64,000 nt of DNA from the human T2T-CHM13v2.0 reference genome, Homo sapiens, in assembly GCF_009914755.1 (NCBI RefSeq), contig NC_060938.1. One strand, 5' to 3'. Below the pieces are notes generated by a model. That model saw only the letters and a list, made by a program, of their open reading frames with translations, ran no database searches and was not told where the DNA came from. Position numbers and translations under genes: made by a program. How positions within the stretch are numbered: position 1 is the stretch's first letter; each line of letters starts with the position of its first letter. Shown in pieces: positions 55,421-64,000 of the stretch.

Positions 55421-56977
55421 GAAGAAAAATTATAATGGGGAGAGATTTAAGGGCAAATACAGGTTCTAGTTATCTTCTTGGCTATTATTATTTTTGGACA
55501 CGACCAATAATAATAGAGAAGAAAGTACTCTTTTTCTAAAGAGATACATACATTTGTAAACACTTCAGGTTTGTCATGTATTTGAAGTTATTTGTTTTAA
55601 TTCCAACTGGCAAATTTGAATATAAGTAAATAATAGAATTAGGGGTAGAAATTAAATGGAAAGAAATGAAAAGAAATCACACAGCAAATTTTGACCTTCA
55701 ACTTGGTTCCCCTGACTTTAATTATGACATATTTAAAATCAATAATAATCATCAAATGCTCTCACCTACAGAGTCATGTTAAATGATTACACATAATATA
55801 GTGCATGAATTCTGCCTTTTTGAGTATGAAATTGACAACTGGCATTATACATTCATTAAAGTGAGATCTGAGTAGAATATTAAATTGAAAGCTATTTGGT
55901 AGTTCTCTTTCAGGAGGAGTTTTTCTGATGCTCTTCTTCCAAGGGACATTTTCTGCTACCATCATCAAAAAAATTGATTGAACATCCATGATGTGTTGAG
56001 TGTCACTCACAAGAGATATGTTCTCTGATTGCTTGACTCAAATGCTTTATGCTTCCAAAGATTTAAGATTCCAAAGGAGCCTGGCAAGTATGGTTATAAC
56101 TTTAGGGAGATAAAGGTCCAAAACTGGAGCCATAGGGTGGAGTAGAGTACGACCTGTGGTCTTGTACTTCTACAAGGTGAGATGGAACATCAGTGTCAGA
56201 GTCTCAAAAAGAATAAAATAAAAAATGTGGGGATGCCGATGCACGTGACAAATAGACCAAAGAACAATCAAGGTTACCTACTCTGAGAGAAATTTATATT
56301 CACATCAGTTCGTAGTTCTCTTTCCCTTTCTCTTCTCTATGCCTAAATGTACACACACATGTATAGACACTCATACAGTTACTTCTGAACTTGGCTGTGC
56401 TGCATTTGTTTGTTGCATGTGTCTGTTTTTACTGGGGTGACCTTTGGTTCCTTTCCTAGTCAGCAAAAACATGTAGTTTTACCGTGATTTTTGGTTATAT
56501 CATTAAGATGGAGAAGTAGTTCCTGACCTGTAGCTATGAGTTTAGTTTTATATTAAGCGCTATATATTTGCCATTCTTAGAAACTAAAGGAAAAGGAGGA
56601 AAATATCTCTGCAAAATTATGGGGCAAAACAAATTGTGCGTGTAAATAATTGTGTCTGCTAAATAGCATCACTGAGTGGATCCTGAAACATTTCAGGGCC
56701 ACCTTGGTTTCCTTCTCAGGGGCCTTGGTTACCACAATTTAGGAGTTAACTTCAGGAATTAAGTAGTAATATGGCGTTATCCCAAAGCTGCCCTCCTAGC
56801 CTTTTCCCACTGGGCCTTTAGACCCTGCTCATCCCATGTATACAATAATGGGAAACCCAGGAATATGTTCAGTTCCAAGCAGGCTAAATATAACTCCATC
56901 TTCTTTCTCTTTCACCTCTGAAAGCACATGAGAATGCAGAGGATAATAACAAGATTATAGTGATAACCTTGAACCTG

Positions 56978-57001
56978 CTCTAAGTTATTAATAACTTAGA
57001 G
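56978..57001. repeat. Perfect 24-bp palindrome ctctaagttattaataacttagag
   Basis: Self reverse-complementary; overlaps the direct repeat gaacctgctct at 56971 and 57001. Confidence 0.95.
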
Positions 57002-57139
57002 AACCTGCTCTGAATTATTTGTATAATATATTCTAGTACTTTATCATTAGTAGCAAGTTACTTTCAACACATCTCATAACAGGTAGATACAGCCCTTGAG
57101 CCCCCACAAGAAAGTGAGGCACAGTGCCCCATTTTCACA

Positions 57140-57311
57140 TTGCCGTCTCACTGGGATACTGAGGGTGAAGTTAACCCTCAGAAGAGGGCAGAATTAATGG
57201 AATTTGGGGGAAATCAAGCCAGGGCTGGTAGATTAGGTCAACCATAGAACTCGCCCTTATGCTAGTTTTCCAGTTACATGAGTCAATAAATGTTCTCACT
57301 TTTTAAGCTAG
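57140..57311 (+). repeat. Dispersed direct duplicate of 58436-58607
   Basis: 172 bp, 5 mismatches, offset 1296 bp. Confidence 0.96.
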
Positions 57312-58089
57312 AAAGAACATCCTGCTCTGGGACAGTTACCTGCTTTGTTATCCAGAAGTAATCTTATGTTGTTTATGCCTTGTTTTCTATGTTGATGTCT
57401 AAGGATTATCTAAAAACTTACACTTATTTTTCCCCCTATTTATCCCTCAAAACTTTCCTGGGTTACCACCTCCATCCCTTATACCTCAGATGGAGTTCAT
57501 TACTTTGGCATTTGTAACATATATATAGTGTGGGCATACTTCTATTATTGCCCACTGCATATTGCATTATGTCCATTTGTTCATGTGTCTGTCCCTACTA
57601 CTCCATGAGTCCTAGAGATGAGGACCCACTGTTATTTATCATTAGATATTCTTTGCTTAACACTGTGCCTGGCTTAGAATTGCTGCTATACTTAATGTCT
57701 GGTAATCTATGGAAATAGTTCTAGGATACATTATTTGTGAGAGAAATATGTCATTAATGATCTATAATGTGTATATATATATATCAGTGAAGAAATGATC
57801 AAAAGACTGCTACTATTTAATTTAAAATTAAATTGTTTCAGGGTGGGAGAAGAGGGAGAATGATGGGAGGAGAAAGAAAAAGGAAATAGTTTTTCCTTTT
57901 CACTTACTTGAGTTTGCTTGTGAAATATGATAAATTTCACTCCAGACTGATTGCAATTCAATGCTGAGGGGTTTGTGGTCATGGCTTGCCAGCCTCATGG
58001 TGTTTAGCTTTCACTGCCATGTCAAGAGCAGATGACTTCCTTTCCTAAAAGCATGTCCTTGGAAACTCATTAAGAAACTCATTAACTTT

Positions 58090-58660
58090 GGGGTTGTCTA
58101 CCTATCAGTCATTCCTCCTTTCTCCTTCCTAACTGAACCCTGACTTTCTTTTGCCATCTACCCCATTTCTACATGGAGCAGGTGCCTCTGCAGGTGGACT
58201 CCACCCCTAGATGCTGGTATGGACCTGATTGATCAATCCCATCCTTCCTGCCAGTGATCAGTTCAGGAATGTGTATGTGCTGCTGTTTGGGCTAGTGATA
58301 AAACAGGAAAGGAAAGGTGTGTTGGGGAGTTCTGGGAAAGTTTTCCCTTACTCTTTTGTGAGAGTTTCCAGAAGTAAGCTCTCTCTCTCTCTTTCTCTGG
58401 AGGCTTTTGTATGCAGATGTGAGACTGAGCTGCCCTTGCCATCTCACTGGGAGCCTGAGGGTGAAGTTAACCCTCAGAAGAGGGCAGAATTAATGGAATT
58501 TGGGGGAAATCAAGCCAGGGCTGGTAGATTAGGTCAACCATAGAACTCACCCTTATGCTGGTTTTCCAGTTACATGAGTCAATAAATGTTCTCACTTTTT
58601 AAGCTAGTTTGATAAGTGTCTGCTGTGACTTGCAGCCTAAAGTGTTCTAACTTATTAACA
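58090..58660 (+). mobile_element. Old ERVL-type solo LTR (LTR16/LTR33-like)
   Basis: ggagttctgggaaagttttcc, ccagttacatgagtcaataaa...gtgacttgcagcctaaagtgttctaac 3' end. Confidence 0.6.
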
Positions 58661-58774
58661 AACAAACAGACAAACAAAAACACTTCTCTAATGTTGAATA
58701 GGTGGAAAGTGGAAACTAGGGCCAGTGAAAGACAATTTGGCAGGTAGGAGAACAAAAAAGTAGTTTCCTTAGAC

Positions 58775-58923
58775 CAGTGCTTATTGAAACACAAATTTCT
58801 GGGACTCAGTCCCAGAGCTTCCAATTCAGTAGCTCTGGAGAAGGCCTGAGAATTTGCATGTTTAAAAAGTTCCACAATGGTGCTGTTGCTACTGGTCCAA
58901 GGACCACACTTTGAGAACCACTA
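58775..58923. mobile_element. MER5A (hAT-Charlie MITE), internally deleted
   Basis: ggcctgagaatttgcatg...ggaccacactttgagaaccacta; 8-bp TSD ccttagac at 58767-58774 and 58924-58931. Confidence 0.9.
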
Positions 58924-59058
58924 CCTTAGACTTCCAAGCATGCTGCCTTTTATGCCAGGATAGCCAAGGGTGGTGGGCAAGGCCATGGTGCCAAGAAGTG
59001 AGCTCTAGCTATTCATTGGAACAGCCATTGGGCCCCTCAAAGCAGGTTGAGTAGGTAA

Positions 59059-59269
<211 letters not shown>

Positions 59270-60490
59270 ACTTTTTATTGTCTTCTTAAACCGTAAATTC
59301 CATGAGGAGCGAGCATATGACTTGAATATCTTTATTCCCCAATTGGATTTAACACACACTTCTAAGCACACTATAGGCACTCAGTAATGCAGAATTAACT
59401 CACTGGAAATAATTCTTGGTTAACTCACTGGAAAGAAAGCACTATTTGCCACATTCTGTGGCTGGATATTTTAAGGCAAGGGTAGGTACAATATAAGGAA
59501 GGCCAAAACTAGCCCAGGATGATGAGTATGTAAATAAGAGCTCACCTCCTTGCTAAGAAGCTCCAGCAACTTTTCCTTTGGGGAAAATGCAACACTGAGG
59601 TCTCCTCTTTGAAGGCTTTGGCTTTTGCTCTGAAAACCTGTCATCACCTGTCTCTTTTTACTTTTCATACTAACCACAAAATAAATCTCTGATAGTGCTG
59701 TACTAGTCTGGCAATGTTGCTTTTTCCTTCAAATATTTACTCCCTCTGTGGACACATCAACTCAAAGATTACAATCAGGGGAACCTCCTGTGTTTCAGAT
59801 AAATAAACTATCACTCTGTAAGAGAAGAGAACTCCCTCTGCCCTTTATGTAGTTTGCATTCAGACAAATAACTGTTTCTTAAATGAGAAACATAATTGGT
59901 ATTGTGCAAGGGCTGGGAGTGCTCCCATGCTTTCTTCCAAGCAGCAAATAGTGGCCCCAAATGCAGTGAGGCTCTGCCTCTGATTTGTGATGGAAGGAAA
60001 TTGTGTGTGTGGGGCCTTCTCCTTGGCTGGAAGGATCTGCTTCCTCTAAGCCTCTGTTTAAACCAGGTGTTTATTTACCTTGAGGCAGGGTCAGACAAGG
60101 GCTTCTTGGCTTTACCACTCTTTGCATTTCTTTTAACATCAGGTTTTGCCAAGTGATTCATACATGCTGGAAATGCAGAGAGGAATCTACAGGAGTGGCA
60201 TTTCCCTTAGCCAGGAATGGATTAAGACAGAAACATTAAATGTGATGGATGTGGTTTGATACATTCCTGTCCTTTCCAGCCATCCACACCATGTACTGAG
60301 GCCTCTCCCATGGTTCCAGGCTTCTCCTGGGTCTAGCCAGCAGAAGGAGAGGGGACAGTCTCTGTGAATATGTAAACACATGATAATTGTCAAACTGTAG
60401 GCCTTTATAGTGGCATTTCTCCAATAATATAATTGAATTTTGATTTGGAGCAAATTGATGGTACTCTTTACACACTATATGTTTGCCCTT

Positions 60491-60871
60491 TTCTTTCTTT
60501 TCTTTTCTCTCTCTCTCTCTCCCCCTCCCCCTCTCTCCCTCTCTCTCTCTCTTTCTTCCTGTTTTTTTTTTTGTTTTTTTTTTTTTTTTGATGGAGTCTT
60601 TCTCTGTCGCCCAGGCTGGAGTGCAGTGATGTGATCTCGGCTCCCTGCAACCTCCGCCTCCTGGGTTCAAGCAATGCTCCTGCCTGCCTCAGCCTCCCAA
60701 GTAGCTGGGACCAGGCATGCCACCATACCTGGCTAATTTCTTTTGTATTTTAGTAGAGACAGGGTTTCACTGTGTTGCCCAGGCTGATCTTGAACTCCTG
60801 AGCTTAGGCAATTCACCCGCCTTGGCCTCCCAAAGTGCTAGGATTACAGGCGTGAGCCACTGTGCCTGGCC
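60491..60871 (-). mobile_element. Alu (Sz/Jb-like) with its tail converted to a compound CT microsatellite
   Basis: Dimer 60590-60871; 60491-60589 (CT)n/(CCCT)/T runs; TSD-like tgccctt. Confidence 0.92.
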
Positions 60872-61339
60872 TGCCCTTATATTTCTACAAGTTACTAGAA
60901 ATAAATTTTAAATGAAACACTTCTTATTTAGGGAGTCAGAGCAAAAACTACAATAAGTTTGATTAAGAAGACTCATTCAAATATACAGAGGTATGAGTTT
61001 AATATGGTAATTCTGAAAGATTGGACTTTGTTGTGAAGTATCATAAAATATAACTATTAAGCTGAGAGGTTAAAACATGATAAAGAGGTTCTGCAGATCA
61101 AGAGGTTTCACAAAGCTTTTTCTCAAATGCTCTCCCCATACTCTCAAAAATATGATCAGCAGTAATTTAGCTGTCATCCAGTGTCTTGTCACATTACAGG
61201 AAAGAATGGGGATAAATCTTTTCATGTCTTTGTAGGAGTACACATTGGATACCACCTCAAGCAGGGCCTTCTGGGGACTCCCCACCTAGATACCCAAATT
61301 ATAGAACACTTTACAAAGTGTTGAGAATAACCTCAAGCT

Positions 61340-62277
61340 TCCTCAGGTTCTCTGACAACTTCTCTTCCAGCCCAGGCTGATTTCTTGTTGAGGTCATACA
61401 TTTCTTGTTGAGGATGATAGAAGCTGGATATTTCCCTTTTGCATCTCTTTTAAATCTGCTTGGTTCTTTTTTAAAAATAGTATCTATTCCTTTCTCTCGT
61501 TTTTAATTCCCTTTTAGACTTATAATAATAGTTTAAAACCAGCTTGTTTTATAGCTCTTCCTGATAATTCTATTATGTGAAGTTCATATTTTGCTGTTTT
61601 CTGCTGAGCCTTGGTTATGGTGCTGTGTTTCCCCAGGTGTTTTGTGAGTTAAGGTTGCAAGCTTTCGTTATCTGTGAGAATCCTGTGTGACCTTATTTGA
61701 GGATGTGTTCTTACCAAGAGGCTTCTTCTTTTCTTCTACCAGGACCTCAGCAATGACATCTGGGAATCCATTTTCATGTTAATTTATCTGCTTGGGGTTT
61801 ACCTGCCCTTGTAGTAGTGTAAATCTGTATCTCAAACCCACATGAGGGCAGGTCTGTGGTTATAAATTCTCAGGGGAAATTTTTTTCCCTTCACCCAGAG
61901 CTCAGCCTGAGATAGAGGAGGTTCCTTGTTGCTTACTTCTGTGGGTGGATTTTTTTTTTTCCAGTCCACCTGTTTTCAGAGGATATAGACCTCTAGGGTC
62001 CTGGTTCATCATAAGAATCTCAGTTTTATCACCCTACCTTGTGGCCACTCCATGTGTCATTTACACACAAGACCCTTTGTTACTTAGATTGGCAGTGACA
62101 TTTAGAGTTACAAAAGTTTGAGTCCTTGTTTTCCAGATTTCTCTTTTTGTTGGGACTTTGAGGGTTTCACTTTTCATTCCTGAGAGTTTATACATTTAAA
62201 AAATTGTTGGTTATATTTTATGCAGCATTTCCAGGTGCTTGGCGGCAGGAGTATTTCAAGATATTTAGTCCACTTTT

Positions 62278-62280
<3 letters not shown>
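61340..62280 (-). mobile_element. Ancient L1ME/HAL1-like 5' region
   Basis: caaacccacatgagggcagg...ataaattctcagggga, ttttatgcagcatttcc...atttagtccac resemble antisense L1ME/HAL1 5' ends. Confidence 0.45.

Positions 62281-62310
<30 letters not shown>
62281..62310. repeat. A30 homopolymer
   Basis: Direct reading. Confidence 0.97.
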
Positions 62311-62312
<2 letters not shown>

Positions 62313-62455
62313 CAGTAAGCATTCATAAATGTCATAATGCTAGTCAAAAGTGACTCAGGTTATTTTAATAGTTGTGGTCTTCCTAATTGCTGACTCCTTG
62401 ACCAGTGTCCTCATTGTGGTTGAGAATCCAACATCCATTCCACTCTGCTCCAAAC

Positions 62456-62635
62456 CAATGGTTCACAAACTTAAGTGCATCTGAATCTCCTGGAATTCTT
62501 ATTAAAACACAGATTGCTCTGCTGCTGTGCTTCAACTCTAGAGATTCTGATCCAGTAAGTCTGGAGTGGATCCTAACAGTTTGCATTTTTCTCAAATGCT
62601 GCTGGTGGCCTGGGGACCACAATATAAGAATCAGT
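62456..62635. mobile_element. MER5A/B MITE
   Basis: caatggttcacaaactt...tgcatctgaatctcctgg...agagattctgatccagtaagtctgg...ggggaccaca. Confidence 0.8.
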
Positions 62636-62639
62636 CATG

Positions 62640-63063
62640 ATAATCCTATTCTTTCCACTTGAGACTAGTTTAGGAATGGGCATACGATCTAAATCTACCA
62701 GAAGAGATGAGGGGAAGTCTGCTGGGGGCTTCCAGGAAAGTTTACCTCAATCTTGAGAAAAAGGCATAGAAAAAAATGGTTCTGTTTTCCTCTGGACATT
62801 GTCATGTAAGGACATGATGCCTAGAACTGTCACAGGCCTCTTACCTTCCTCGTGAGAATGAAGCTAATCTAGGGTATAGGGGCAGAGCCAGGAGAATCTC
62901 AGGGGAGCAGAGAAGGAATCCTGATAGCTCTTCCTTGGCTAGGTCCTGCCCTACTTCTGTTATTTCATTATGTGAGATATTCCATAAATAGAAAAAAAAT
63001 TAAAAATTGAAATGAGTCAGGGTTTTCTGGTTACTTGTAGCCCCAAAGATTCTAAGTGGTACA
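62640..63063 (+). mobile_element. Old ERVL-type LTR (LTR16/LTR33-like)
   Basis: ggaagtctgctgggggcttccaggaaag...ggttacttgtagccccaaagattctaagtggtaca. Confidence 0.55.
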
Positions 63064-63727
63064 ACTATCATATGGGTATGTTGAGTCTTATTACCTGCCA
63101 CCCCCAGCTACAGAGTGCCGAAGCAAGTTCATTTCAAATTATGTTTTTTTATTTCTTTTTTTGAACTACTAATTTTCTGTGACACTTTTTTCTCTACTTT
63201 ACCCCACCACACACACAATCTCACCCAGCCCTCTGGGAATATGCTGTAACACTTCAAAATTGTGAATCTCTTGAAAGGAGGCAGCTACTCCAAACTTTCA
63301 TCTCATTTCTACATGTGGGACTGCAGGATCCATTTCTAGTTGAATGCATGATGACAGCTTTACAGGAAGTCGTCTTCCTTATATTCTCTTTTTATATATT
63401 GCTGTTTTCTGGCAACCCTAGCTAATTAATAACTTAATCTGTCTCTCCTTAGACTTTAATTCTAATTTTCAGAATTTCCCAATCAAGTCAACATTGATTT
63501 TATTGGAATTTCAAATATACTCTGTGCTACTGTGTTGTATTTTTGGTGGAAAGAATTGTAGCAGGAATCAAGCCTCATGATGCAAATGCCTAAATCCTGA
63601 ATTGTGACCAGGATTGCAAAGAAAATAAAAAGGTCGCTCTCTAGGGAGTTGAACTAGCTTAGCACCTCCACATGGAATCTCAGAATGAGAACAGTGATTT
63701 TTTCCCTCCTCTTCTGTTTAATCCTAG

Positions 63728-63871
63728 TTTGGACAGCTCTTTATTCAGAACATCAAGGACTGTTGACAGTTGAATAAAAAGGGCGGAGGCTTATGGGATT
63801 GCTAATGAGATACAAAGCCACCTTGGAATAAAAATAAATTTCTCTCTGTTGGCTCCTCCGGCCATGGAGAG
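63728..63871 (+). other. Candidate exon carrying a start codon (5'UTR + first codons)
   Basis: Long polypyrimidine tract + ttaat + cctAG acceptor; perfect donor AG|GTAAGT at 63872; all three frames have stops upstream of the ATG. Confidence 0.55.
63864..63871 (+). CDS. Putative first codons M-E-(R/S) of an unidentified protein continuing beyond the window
   Basis: Optimal Kozak GCCATGG 8 nt before a consensus donor. Confidence 0.45.
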
Positions 63872-64000
63872 GTAAGTTAAGAACCTCAAATCAATTTCTA
63901 CTGACAGGTATTCTTATCATGGTAAACAGTGCAATGCACATTTTAGTTGGCTTCTGAGAAGGAAGGCCAGGGGCTTCCAGTTGTGTGATATCTTTTCAGC

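Overview
Primate (most likely human) nuclear genomic DNA: CpG-depleted, AT-rich and roughly half interspersed repeats. These include about 17 Alus, many MIR/L2 fragments, a full-span L1PB with TSDs, L1MA/L1MC fragments, solo LTRs (MLT1A, MLT2A2, LTR8, MST, LTR16/33-like), DNA-transposon MITEs (MADE2, MER5, MER94, MER119-like) and microsatellites. No intact cellular CDS, tRNA, rRNA or CRISPR array is visible, and the ORF-track entries are almost all repeat-derived or chance. The window looks like a long 5' intron of a + strand gene, ending in a strong candidate first-coding exon (63728-63871, GCCATGG...AG|GTAAGT); I could not identify the gene. The most unusual things are DNA-repair and retrotransposition scars. 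(i) A ~735-bp young L1 ORF2 (RT) segment is embedded, without poly(A) or TSD of its own, in the last nucleotides of an AluY. (ii) There are three dispersed local duplications (55-220 bp) whose derived copy appears always to lie upstream of the donor, two of them 120-140 bp from a cruciform-forming palindrome. (iii) Several micro-insertions carry a direct+inverted repeat signature. I see no evidence for a new gene system; repeat subfamily calls are from recalled consensus features and need RepeatMasker/Dfam confirmation.
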